Below, in pieces: positions 20,772 to 30,304 of a stretch of 64,000 bases of DNA. The notes beneath the pieces are model-generated. The model was not told the DNA's origin. It did not search any database and worked only from the letters and a program-made list of their open reading frames with translations. Origin of the DNA: an uncultured Bacillales bacterium (GTDB lineage: Bacteria; Bacillota_I; Bacilli_A; RF39; UBA660); the NCBI GenBank assembly GCA_946412015.1, contig CAMKGA010000006.1:127-64126 (forward strand), given 5' to 3'. How positions within the stretch are numbered: the first letter of the stretch is position 1; each line of letters opens with the position of its first letter. Both the position numbers and the translations under genes were made by a program.

Positions 20772-21085
20772 CTAAAAATCTTAATTAAAGTAGATACAAT
20801 AAAATATATAGCAAGTATTATATATACGACACTTAAAAATATGCAAGCTGTATTAAAATACTTCTTTTTATAATAAATATAGTTATTATATGCCATAATT
20901 AAAAGTGTTACACCAACTACTATATAAAATACAGATAGAAAAATTGGTTCAAATAACGAAACAATTGCAAAAATAAATACTGCTTCTGTAAACAATATTT
21001 GCGCAAGCAATGGTATTGTCAGTTTGAAATCCTTAAAATCTTGTAATAACCCCTTTTTTTCTTTTTTCTCCATAAAACACCTCAC
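20768..21085 (-). CDS. hypothetical membrane protein
   Basis: Three TM segments; stop/start overlaps with both neighbours. Confidence 0.65.
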   Translation of the reverse strand: MRCFMEKKEKKGLLQDFKDFKLTIPLLAQILFTEAVFIFAIVSLFEPIFLSVFYIVVGVTLLIMAYNNYIYYKKKYFNTACIFLSVVYIILAIYFIVSTLIKIFR

Positions 21086-22059
21086 ATATCTTTAAATAAT
21101 CCATAGATATATTTTTCTATATCAAAGACTTTTAAATCTTCTTTTTGTTCACCTAACCCAACAAATTTAACAGGAATATCTACACTATCTTTTATAGCAA
21201 GAACTATTCCACCCTTTGCTGTCCCATCTAATTTAGTAAGAACTATTCCGGTAACATCTGTAATTTCTTTAAAACTCTTAGCTTGACTTATACCATTTTG
21301 ACCTGTTGTTGCATCTAGAACTAATAATGTCTCACTAGGGCCTTCTGGAATAATCTTTTTTATTACTCTATTTATTTTAGCAAGTTCTTCCATTAAATTA
21401 GTTTTATTCTGTAATCTCCCAGCAGTATCAACTAGTACTACATCATAATCTTCATCTACAGCCTTTTTAACTCCATCATAAACAACACTAGCTGGATCTG
21501 TATTTTCTTTATAAATAACAGGACAATCAGTACGATTTCCCCACTCTTTTAACTGTTCAACCGCTCCAGCTCTAAACGTATCTCCTGCAACAAGCAATAC
21601 TTTTTTGTTTTCTTGCTTTAATTTATAAGCAATTTTACCAATAGTTGTAGTCTTTCCAACACCATTAACACCCACAAATAAAATAACTGTAGGATACTCA
21701 CTACTATAATTAATCTTATTTACTACAATCTGATTATTGATGTATATAATAAACATTTCATCAACAATAATATCTTTTAAATCTTCACTATCTGTAATAT
21801 TTTCTTTCTTAACACGTTTTTTTAATTTATCAATAAAATTAATTACTGTATTAACACCAATATCAGCCATGATTAATATTTCTTCTAATTCTTCAAAATA
21901 TTCATCATTGACTTTTTTATATTTACCATTTAAAATACTAATTTTATCAGTAAAATAATTACGTGTCTTTTTAAGACCATCATCATAACTTTTTAACTCT
22001 TTTTTTTCTTCATTAGATGAAGATTTAAATATACTCTTTAATTTATTAAAAAATCCCAT
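21082..22059 (-). CDS. ftsY: SRP receptor FtsY
   Basis: GVNGVGKTTT, DTFRAGA, DTAGR, TKLDGTAKGG. Confidence 0.98.
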   Translation of the reverse strand: MGFFNKLKSIFKSSSNEEKKELKSYDDGLKKTRNYFTDKISILNGKYKKVNDEYFEELEEILIMADIGVNTVINFIDKLKKRVKKENITDSEDLKDIIVDEMFIIYINNQIVVNKINYSSEYPTVILFVGVNGVGKTTTIGKIAYKLKQENKKVLLVAGDTFRAGAVEQLKEWGNRTDCPVIYKENTDPASVVYDGVKKAVDEDYDVVLVDTAGRLQNKTNLMEELAKINRVIKKIIPEGPSETLLVLDATTGQNGISQAKSFKEITDVTGIVLTKLDGTAKGGIVLAIKDSVDIPVKFVGLGEQKEDLKVFDIEKYIYGLFKDM

Positions 22060-22076
22060 AAATCCCCCTTATAATA

Positions 22077-22280
22077 CTATTCACATTTTCCATCCCCTGG
22101 TGATTTACCATCAACATATGTTTTTCCCATCATCTCACAAGATGATTTTGTCATTGTATCTTGTAAATATCCACCAAATATTTTAACAACACTTATAACA
22201 ACAACACTTATAACTGCAATAATAAGTAAATACTCAACAAGAGCCTGTCCTCGATTAGAGTTTAATCTCATAAATGTCAC
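22077..22280 (-). CDS. Flp/class III signal peptide pilin-like protein
   Basis: RGQALVEYLLII prepilin cleavage motif followed by a TM helix. Confidence 0.75.
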   Translation of the reverse strand: MTFMRLNSNRGQALVEYLLIIAVISVVVISVVKIFGGYLQDTMTKSSCEMMGKTYVDGKSPGDGKCE

Positions 22281-22359
22281 CTTACCCTAAGTTAATTTTA
22301 TAACATTTTCATATATTTGTCAATTGAATTTATATTTGATATAATTTTTATGTGATAAT

Positions 22360-22668
22360 ATGAAATTGATACTAAAAAATAATAAAATAGAATTAAAAAA
22401 ATGTGATAAATTTAAAGATAAATTACTAGGCTTTATGTTTAAAAAAAATATAAATTGTGCACTTAGATTTAAATGTAAAGCAATCCATACATTTTTTATG
22501 AGAGAAAATATAGATATTATTATAACAGATAAAAACAATAAAATATTATATATATATAATAATTTTAAAAAAAATAGAATCTTAATAAAATTAAAATCCT
22601 ACTATTTTTATGAATTACCAAGCAACTCTAATACATATAAAGTTAATGAAACACTTATTTTTTCTTAA
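22360..22668 (+). CDS. DUF192 family protein
   Basis: LGFMF...IHTFFMRENIDII..D...YELP. Confidence 0.8.
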   Translation: MKLILKNNKIELKKCDKFKDKLLGFMFKKNINCALRFKCKAIHTFFMRENIDIIITDKNNKILYIYNNFKKNRILIKLKSYYFYELPSNSNTYKVNETLIFS

Positions 22669-23440
22669 CTTTTTTTATTATTAAACTAATTATAACAAAT
22701 AACATTATTAACAAGCTAATTATTTGTGATGTAGATAGTCCAAATAAAAAACCTCTATAATGATCTCCCCTAAAGAATTCAAATATAAATCTAGCAATTG
22801 CATATAATGATAAATATAAATATATTAAGCATCCTTTAAGTTTTTCTTTCTTATATAATATATACATAAATATAAATAATACTAAGTTAAATATAGATTC
22901 AACTAACTGTATTGGGAATCTATTTACACCATTTGCAATCTCTACAATTGAATGTTTATATTTAAATCCTATATGACTTTCAATCCCATAACAACATCCA
23001 GATAAAAAGCATCCAATTCTAGCAAAAAAATGAAATAGTGGTATTGTAAAAGCTCCAATATCAAAATAAAGTTTTGAATCACACTTCTTTTTTTTCATAT
23101 AGAAACAGGCAGTTAATAATCCTCCAATTAACCCACCATAAAATACTTGACCACCAAATATATAAATAAATATATCAATAAACTGTTTTATTGATTTTAT
23201 TCTATTAAAATGAATAACTACTTTATATAAAATATTTATATTTGTAATTCCATATAAAAGATGACCACCTATAAATAATCCAATTGCACTTATAAGTAAA
23301 ATAACTAATATTTCATTAGGATCTTTTCCTCTTTTTTTTGCTTCATTTATAGCAAAAGGTCCTGAGACAAAAATACCTATCATTGTCATTATTAAATACA
23401 TGCTTATCTGCTTTCCAAATATATTTACATAAGGAATCAT
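22655..23440 (-). CDS. lgt: prolipoprotein diacylglyceryl transferase
   Basis: FYGGLIGG, RIGCFLSGCCYG, PIQLVES, RFIFEFFRGD. Confidence 0.9.
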   Translation of the reverse strand: MIPYVNIFGKQISMYLIMTMIGIFVSGPFAINEAKKRGKDPNEILVILLISAIGLFIGGHLLYGITNINILYKVVIHFNRIKSIKQFIDIFIYIFGGQVFYGGLIGGLLTACFYMKKKKCDSKLYFDIGAFTIPLFHFFARIGCFLSGCCYGIESHIGFKYKHSIVEIANGVNRFPIQLVESIFNLVLFIFMYILYKKEKLKGCLIYLYLSLYAIARFIFEFFRGDHYRGFLFGLSTSQIISLLIMLFVIISLIIKKVKKK

Positions 23441-23501
23441 ATTACCACCAAATTAATTATAACATACAAAAAAAAAATAAAAAAGCATTTCTGCTTCTCT
23501 A

Positions 23502-23816
23502 TTAATATAAGCTTGTTACAGCTGCTGAATTAACTGCAGAGTTAACAGCACTTGCACAAATAAGTACACAAATAACACCAATAGCACTAAATGCAGTACC
23601 AATAATAGCACATACTAATCCAGCTGTAGCCATTCCAGTTTGTCCTGTTGCAGCAGTTTTACGTCCTTTAACTCCGAAAACAATACCAACAATACCAAGT
23701 ACTAATGTGAAATAACATACTACTGGAATAAAAGCTCCAACGATAGATAAAATACCTGTAACTAAAGCAGTAATTGAAAATGCTTTAGAATTATTCTTTG
23801 GCGCATTATTTTCCAT
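23502..23816 (-). CDS. DUF4190-like small membrane protein
   Basis: ALVTGILS...GMATAGLVCAIIG pattern. Confidence 0.7.
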   Translation of the reverse strand: MENNAPKNNSKAFSITALVTGILSIVGAFIPVVCYFTLVLGIVGIVFGVKGRKTAATGQTGMATAGLVCAIIGTAFSAIGVICVLICASAVNSAVNSAAVTSLY

Positions 23817-23888
23817 AACAACACTCCTTTCTTACTATCAACATTTTATCAAACATTGACTAATTTTGTCAACTAATATCATGAATTT

Positions 23889-26195
23889 TTATTTTTTTTC
23901 ATATTTACTAATTTTTTTATCAAACAAATAACTTAATTCCGTAAATATTGCAAGATTAAGTAAACATAAACTTAAAAATAACAATATCATAAATGGTTTT
24001 AATAGTACTAAGTCAAATAATCCTCTTAAAAAGATTATACAAAATACAAATATACTAATCAATGTTATATATAATAACAATCTTAGTTTACTAAATGGAT
24101 AACATAATTTAAATAGTAATATAAAGCCAGTATATCCAACAAGTAATATAGCCATTGTAGAAGTTTCTCTTGGACTAAACTTAAAAAGATAAGAAAATAA
24201 CATCGTTATTAAAATACTAAGTACTATAGTAACTGCACTAGGTATTGATCTTCTAAAAACATTAATAAAGAAATTACCTTCTATTTTTTTATTATTAGAC
24301 TCAAGTGCCAGTATAAAAGATGGAATACCTATCGTAAGCGCACTAGTTAAACTAAGCTGTATTGGTTGAAAAGGATAACCCATAGATATAAATAAAAATG
24401 TTATTGCAAGTAAAGTTGAATATGTTGTTTTAGTTAAAAACAAACATCCCGATCTTTCTAAATTATTAACAGTTCTTCTTCCCTCTTTAATAATAGATGG
24501 AACAGATTTAAAATCAGAGTCCATTAAAACTACTTGAGCAACATTTCTTGCTGCCTCACTACCATTTGCAATCGATATACTACTATCAGCCTCACGAAGC
24601 GCTAAAACATCATTAACTCCATCTCCTGCAAAAGCAACAACATGATTACTAGCTCTTAAAGCCATTACTATTTCTTTCTTTTGATTAGGAAGCACCCTAC
24701 AAAAAACATTATAATTATCTACTATCTCTTTTAAGTTATCCTTATTACCAACCGTACTCATATCAATAACCTTACTATCAATATTTAATCTATTTAATAT
24801 TGATAAAGTACTAGCTATACCGTCCCCTGTAATAATTTTAACATCAAGTCCTTCACTTTTTATATAATCAAGAGTCTCTTTTGCATTATTTCTTATTTCA
24901 TCTTGAAATACAAGCACACCAATTAAATTCATGTTATCTGGTTTATTATATTCCTTAAACTCATTTTTTGAATGCATTAACACTAAAATTCGATAATTTT
25001 CATACTTTTTAAATACATCATGTTTAATATCTTTACACAATATCTCACGCGCACCTAATATAAATGAGCCCTTATCTTTAACATTTATACCAGAATATTT
25101 TCTAGAAGATGAAAATGGTACTTTTTTAGTTACCATATATCCGATATCATTACCATACTTACTTTCTATCGCATCCATAGTCTTATTATCCCCAGAAAGA
25201 CTATTAGAAAATGAACTTAAAATTTTATCTATATTATATTTATTATCTATTTTAACAACATCAATTAACTCCAAGCTTCCTTTAGTAAGAGTTCCTGTTT
25301 TATCTAAACATATAGTATCTACTCTAGCTAGTGATTCTGAACAGTATAAATCTTGAACAAGCACTTTTTTTCTAGCTAATCTTAACGCACTTATAAAAAA
25401 TACAGAACTTGTAAGTAATACTAATCCTTCTGGTATCATCGAAATAATTGCAGCAGCAGATGCAACAACTGCCTTAGATAAACCAACTTCATGATATTGT
25501 CTGAAAAACAGAATAATACCTAATGGTACAATTACAAAAGATATAATCTTAATAATTTTATTTAAAGTATTTACAATAACAGAATTTACTTTCTTTATAT
25601 ACTTAGCCTCACTAGATATCTTAGATGTATAATTATCAAGTCCAACATGTTCAACACGAGCTATACAACTACCTGATACAATAAAACTACCAGAAAGTAA
25701 CATATCCCCTTCTTTTTTTATAATATGATTAGCTTCTCCTGTAATGAATGATTCATCAACCTCAACCTCACCATCCATTATTATAGAATCAGCAATAATT
25801 TGATTTCCTAGTTTGTATTTAACAATATCATCAAGTACAATAGAATGAATAGAAACTAATTTCTCATTACCTTCTCTCAATACTAATATCTTCTTCATTG
25901 CAATTACATTTAACTTATCAATAGTCTTTTTAGCATGTACTTCTTGTATAATACTTATTATAGTATTACATAATACAATACCCATAAAAAGTAAATTCTT
26001 ATATGAATGAACTAAAAAAATACAAAAAGCTATTCCTAAATTTAATAAATTAAATATAGTAAATACATTCTTATATATAATCTTTTTTATACTTATGGTT
26101 TTAATCTCTGTATCATAATTAACAAGTCCTTCTTCATATCTTAACTTAACCTGTTCATCAGATAAACCTACATATATGTTAGGATCATAACGCAT
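23889..26195 (-). CDS. P-type cation-transporting ATPase
   Basis: PEGL, DKTGTLT, TGD, GDGVND. Confidence 0.95.
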   Translation of the reverse strand: MRYDPNIYVGLSDEQVKLRYEEGLVNYDTEIKTISIKKIIYKNVFTIFNLLNLGIAFCIFLVHSYKNLLFMGIVLCNTIISIIQEVHAKKTIDKLNVIAMKKILVLREGNEKLVSIHSIVLDDIVKYKLGNQIIADSIIMDGEVEVDESFITGEANHIIKKEGDMLLSGSFIVSGSCIARVEHVGLDNYTSKISSEAKYIKKVNSVIVNTLNKIIKIISFVIVPLGIILFFRQYHEVGLSKAVVASAAAIISMIPEGLVLLTSSVFFISALRLARKKVLVQDLYCSESLARVDTICLDKTGTLTKGSLELIDVVKIDNKYNIDKILSSFSNSLSGDNKTMDAIESKYGNDIGYMVTKKVPFSSSRKYSGINVKDKGSFILGAREILCKDIKHDVFKKYENYRILVLMHSKNEFKEYNKPDNMNLIGVLVFQDEIRNNAKETLDYIKSEGLDVKIITGDGIASTLSILNRLNIDSKVIDMSTVGNKDNLKEIVDNYNVFCRVLPNQKKEIVMALRASNHVVAFAGDGVNDVLALREADSSISIANGSEAARNVAQVVLMDSDFKSVPSIIKEGRRTVNNLERSGCLFLTKTTYSTLLAITFLFISMGYPFQPIQLSLTSALTIGIPSFILALESNNKKIEGNFFINVFRRSIPSAVTIVLSILITMLFSYLFKFSPRETSTMAILLVGYTGFILLFKLCYPFSKLRLLLYITLISIFVFCIIFLRGLFDLVLLKPFMILLFLSLCLLNLAIFTELSYLFDKKISKYEKK

Positions 26196-26320
26196 ATTAA
26201 CATCTCCTTGTTACTGCGACTAAATTATACTAAAATATATTATTTTTTTCAAGTAAAAAGATACGATTACTCGTATTTTAAAACTTGTCTATACTTTACA
26301 TAAAAATGCACATTAATTTT

Positions 26321-26866
26321 TTATTTAACACTTTCCCTTGCACGATTTAATAAATCAGTAACATATTTACTTTTAATATTTTTATAATCTTCTCTAATAT
26401 TATATCCACTTTTCAATATTTCTTTTTTTAAATTAGCGTATGCTTTTCTTTCATTTTTATTTTTTAATAAATATTCTTTTAAAATAAGAAAGTCTTTATA
26501 TCTATCAGAATCAATTTTTACTAGGTGTATATGTATATCACCTGATTTTGTTTCTTCTTCTGTACTAGCAAAAAAGCGGTAAATATTTTCATTACTTTTT
26601 TTACCTGGATAGAAACCTAATTGTTTTAGTTTTCTTGTTAAATCTTCCATTTCATTATCGTTAAATACTCCAATTAAAATATCTATTATATTTTTTCCAA
26701 TCATATATGGAATTGCAGTTGATCCTACATGATTTATTGGATAATCTTTTCCAATTGCTTTTCTTATTCTTTTTACTTCTCTATTATATCTTTTAGTATT
26801 ATCTTTAAAATTTTGTCTTTCTAAAGCAACCATAATTTTCACTTCCTTTATTAAAAATAATATCAT
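26321..26866 (-). CDS. GrpB-family nucleotidyltransferase-fold protein
   Basis: HVGSTAI, IIDILIG, HIHL, Y..LK motifs. Confidence 0.85.
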   Translation of the reverse strand: MILFLIKEVKIMVALERQNFKDNTKRYNREVKRIRKAIGKDYPINHVGSTAIPYMIGKNIIDILIGVFNDNEMEDLTRKLKQLGFYPGKKSNENIYRFFASTEEETKSGDIHIHLVKIDSDRYKDFLILKEYLLKNKNERKAYANLKKEILKSGYNIREDYKNIKSKYVTDLLNRARESVK

Positions 26867-26889
26867 AAAAAAGATTGAGTTATCTCAAT

Positions 26890-29385
26890 CTATTTTTCTA
26901 TATCTTTTAAGAAATCATCTATAGTCATTATCTTATCATCTATTGATTCTAATGATATTTCTTTTACTTCTTCTTTTATATCGTTTGGATTTATAAGTTC
27001 TTTAACTTCAAACATACCAAATACTTGATTATTTGAAATACTAGTACCTGTTGAGTATCTATCTAGTATTGAAATATCAGTTGTTTTCTTATATTCAATA
27101 TCTTCTTTATAAATGATTCCAATATTTGTTTTATCAACAATTAAACCACCTATTATATGGTATGGATTAGTTTTTACATCTCTTATTATTTGAACTCCAC
27201 GTCTAGCTCTTGATGTTCTTTCAAATTCAGATATTTTTACTCTTTTTGCAGTACTCTTATCTGTTAAGACTAAGATGTAATCTTCTCCATTATAAACATC
27301 TCCAAGAATAACCTTATCTCTATCTTTTAGTGAAATTGCTTTAACTCCACTAGCTTTTAATCCTATTACTCCTATTTCATTTATATCATATCTTAATGCA
27401 TTACCATAAGTTGTCGTAATAAATACCTCACTACCTATTTTATCAGTTACACTGACAACCTCATCATCACCTTTTAATTTCATCGAACAAATTGGTTTAT
27501 TATAGCGTGTAACTTTAAAATCACTAAGTAATGTTCTTTTTACCATACCATTTTTACTAAATATAGTAATTATCTTTTTATCATTAAAGTTTGTAACTGG
27601 AATTGATGTAATAATTTTTTCATCTGCATCAAGTTTTACTATATTACTTACATGTTTTCCCATTTCTTTCCATTTTAAATCTGGTATTTCATATACTGGA
27701 ATATACAAGTAATTTCCCATGTTTGTAAACATAAGTATTGTATCTAATGTATTTAACTCATATAATCCTATTACATAATCCATCTCTTTTAATGTAGGTT
27801 CTGCCTCACTAGATTGATAGCTTCTTATAGAACTACGTTTAACATATCCTTCAGAAGTTACCATAACAATACAATCTTCTTTTTGGATCATGTCTGTTGT
27901 ATCTATCTTTATCTCAGTTACTTCGTCTCTAATTTCTGTTTTTCTATCTACTGCATATTCTTTTTTTATTTTTCTTAATTCATGTTTCATTACTTCATGT
28001 AATTTATCTTCATCAGCAAGTATTTGTTTTAAGGCAGCAATAAATTTTTCTAATTTTGCTTTTTCTTCTTCTAGGGCAACAACATCAGTATTAGTTAGAC
28101 GATATAATTGTAATGTAACTATTGCCTCTGCTTGTTTTAAAGTAAAATCAAATTCTTTAACTAAATTATCTCTAGCATCAGTTTTATTTTTACTTGCACG
28201 AATTACTTTAATAACTTCATCAAGTATTGATAGCATCTTTAAAAAACCATCTACTATATGTAATCTTTTTTCATATGCATCAAGATCAAATTTTGTTCTT
28301 CTTAATAATACTTCTTTTTGGTGAGCAATATATGCATCTAACATTGGAAGAATCCCTAAAGTCATTGGTCTACGATTAACTATAGCTACCATATTATATG
28401 AATATGATACTTGAAGTTCAGTATTTTTATAAAGATAGTTTAAAATCATATCTTTATTAGCACCATTTTTTAAATCTATAGCAATTCTAAGTCCATCTCT
28501 ATCAGTTTCGTCTCTAACTTCAGCTATACCATCTATTTTTTTATCTATTCTAATTGAATCAATTTTACTAACTAAATTAGCTTTATTAACTTCAAATGGT
28601 ATTTCAGTTACAAGTATTTGAGTTTTACCTTTATTAGTTACAAATTCACATTTACTTCTTACTATTACTTTTCCGCGACCAGTTGTAAATGCATCAATAA
28701 TTCCTTTTTTACCTTCTACAATACCACCTGTTGGAAAATCAGGACCTTTTACTATTTCAAGTATTGTATCTAATCTACAGTTTGGACTATCGATCCTTTT
28801 TATTGTTGCATCTATAATCTCTCCTAAATTATGTGGAGGAATATTTGTTGCATATCCTGCACTAATACCGTTAGTTCCATTAACAAGTAGGTTTGGATAT
28901 TTAGCTGGAAGAACAGTTGGTTCTAAAAATCTATCATCAAAGTTTGGTGCCCAAGCAACAGTATCTTTTTCAAGATCTTTTAAAAGTTCACTACTAATTT
29001 TAGATAATCTTGCTTCAGTATAACGGTATGCAGCAGCAGAATCTCCATCCATAGATCCATTATTACCATGAATATCTATTAGTATTTCATTTTGTTTCCA
29101 CCACTGACTCATACGTACCATTGCATCATATACGCTTGAATCTCCATGTGGATGGAATTTACCTAATACATCTCCAACAGTTGCTGCACATTTTATATAT
29201 CCGTGTTCATGGGTATTATTAGCCTTATACATTGCATATAAAATTCTTCTTTGTACTGGTTTTAATCCATCTCTAACATCTGGAATAGCTCTATCTTGGA
29301 TAATTTCTTTTGCATATTTACCAAAACGATCTCCCATAATCTCTTCTAAGGCATAATCTTGTATTCTTTTTATTATATCTTCCAT
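26890..29385 (-). CDS. parC: DNA topoisomerase IV subunit A
   Basis: RAIPDVRDGLKPVQRR, HPHGDSS, AAAYRYTE; downstream of parE. Confidence 0.95.
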   Translation of the reverse strand: MEDIIKRIQDYALEEIMGDRFGKYAKEIIQDRAIPDVRDGLKPVQRRILYAMYKANNTHEHGYIKCAATVGDVLGKFHPHGDSSVYDAMVRMSQWWKQNEILIDIHGNNGSMDGDSAAAYRYTEARLSKISSELLKDLEKDTVAWAPNFDDRFLEPTVLPAKYPNLLVNGTNGISAGYATNIPPHNLGEIIDATIKRIDSPNCRLDTILEIVKGPDFPTGGIVEGKKGIIDAFTTGRGKVIVRSKCEFVTNKGKTQILVTEIPFEVNKANLVSKIDSIRIDKKIDGIAEVRDETDRDGLRIAIDLKNGANKDMILNYLYKNTELQVSYSYNMVAIVNRRPMTLGILPMLDAYIAHQKEVLLRRTKFDLDAYEKRLHIVDGFLKMLSILDEVIKVIRASKNKTDARDNLVKEFDFTLKQAEAIVTLQLYRLTNTDVVALEEEKAKLEKFIAALKQILADEDKLHEVMKHELRKIKKEYAVDRKTEIRDEVTEIKIDTTDMIQKEDCIVMVTSEGYVKRSSIRSYQSSEAEPTLKEMDYVIGLYELNTLDTILMFTNMGNYLYIPVYEIPDLKWKEMGKHVSNIVKLDADEKIITSIPVTNFNDKKIITIFSKNGMVKRTLLSDFKVTRYNKPICSMKLKGDDEVVSVTDKIGSEVFITTTYGNALRYDINEIGVIGLKASGVKAISLKDRDKVILGDVYNGEDYILVLTDKSTAKRVKISEFERTSRARRGVQIIRDVKTNPYHIIGGLIVDKTNIGIIYKEDIEYKKTTDISILDRYSTGTSISNNQVFGMFEVKELINPNDIKEEVKEISLESIDDKIMTIDDFLKDIEK

Positions 29386-29943
29386 CTAAACACCTCTATT
29401 ATTTAGTTTTTTTATTAATTTCTTGTGTACTGGCCTTATAAAATCACAAAATGATTCATCATAAGCATCTTTAAAATCAACCCATTTAACTCCTTTAGAC
29501 TCATCTTCTCTATAAACAAGCGGTATTTTATCATCTGCTTCCATTAAATATACACAATCAAAATGTATATGGGATGATACATATTTTCCTCGTTTCACAT
29601 GTCCAATTACTGGATTAGAGTTAATCGCAAATATGTTTTCATCTAATACTTTTGCTTTAAGCCCAGTTTCTTCTTCTACTTCGCGAACCGCAACGGAAAG
29701 TAAATCATCTATTCCATCAGCATGTCCTCCAGGATATGCCCAACCATCATTTATGATATGATAGACAACTACCATTTTGGTTCTATCTTTATTAACTACA
29801 AAAGCGGATGCAGTAAAATGTCCAAAAATATTATTTCTCGTTAATACATCATCAAAACTATTAATAAATTCTAAAAATTGTTCTTTATCTTTTTGCTCCA
29901 CTTCGTCAAATGGCATATATTTTTCTATTTGTTCTTTCAACAT
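29386..29943 (-). CDS. NUDIX hydrolase
   Basis: GHFTASAFV, GGHADG...AVREVEEETG Nudix box. Confidence 0.9.
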   Translation of the reverse strand: MLKEQIEKYMPFDEVEQKDKEQFLEFINSFDDVLTRNNIFGHFTASAFVVNKDRTKMVVVYHIINDGWAYPGGHADGIDDLLSVAVREVEEETGLKAKVLDENIFAINSNPVIGHVKRGKYVSSHIHFDCVYLMEADDKIPLVYREDESKGVKWVDFKDAYDESFCDFIRPVHKKLIKKLNNRGV

Positions 29944-29954
29944 ATAATCACGTC

Positions 29955-30296
29955 CTACTTACTAGTTTCATGTACTTCATTTTCATCAAATGAATTTGAC
30001 ATTATTTCTAACATTCTTAAATTACCTTTATAACTATATTTTTTCTTTGGAGAAATCTCAATTAAATCGTCAGTTTTAACAGGTACTTTATCATCATCTA
30101 TTTCAAATTCTCCCAAACCAGAAATTATATAATAAAATATAGTACTAGTATCTAACATACAATAGTTATCACGTTCACCATTTATATCAACAAAACAAAT
30201 ACTAATGTCAGAACAAGTTATTTTTGGCAAAATAACATTAAATCCATTCTTTGAAAAATTATAATTCTTATTTAAATTTTTAATATACTTTTCCAT
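29955..30296 (-). CDS. cupin-domain protein
   Basis: YYIISGLGEFEI...DLIEI.P cupin pattern. Confidence 0.7.
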   Translation of the reverse strand: MEKYIKNLNKNYNFSKNGFNVILPKITCSDISICFVDINGERDNYCMLDTSTIFYYIISGLGEFEIDDDKVPVKTDDLIEISPKKKYSYKGNLRMLEIMSNSFDENEVHETSK

Positions 30297-30304
30297 AATT
30301 CCCC

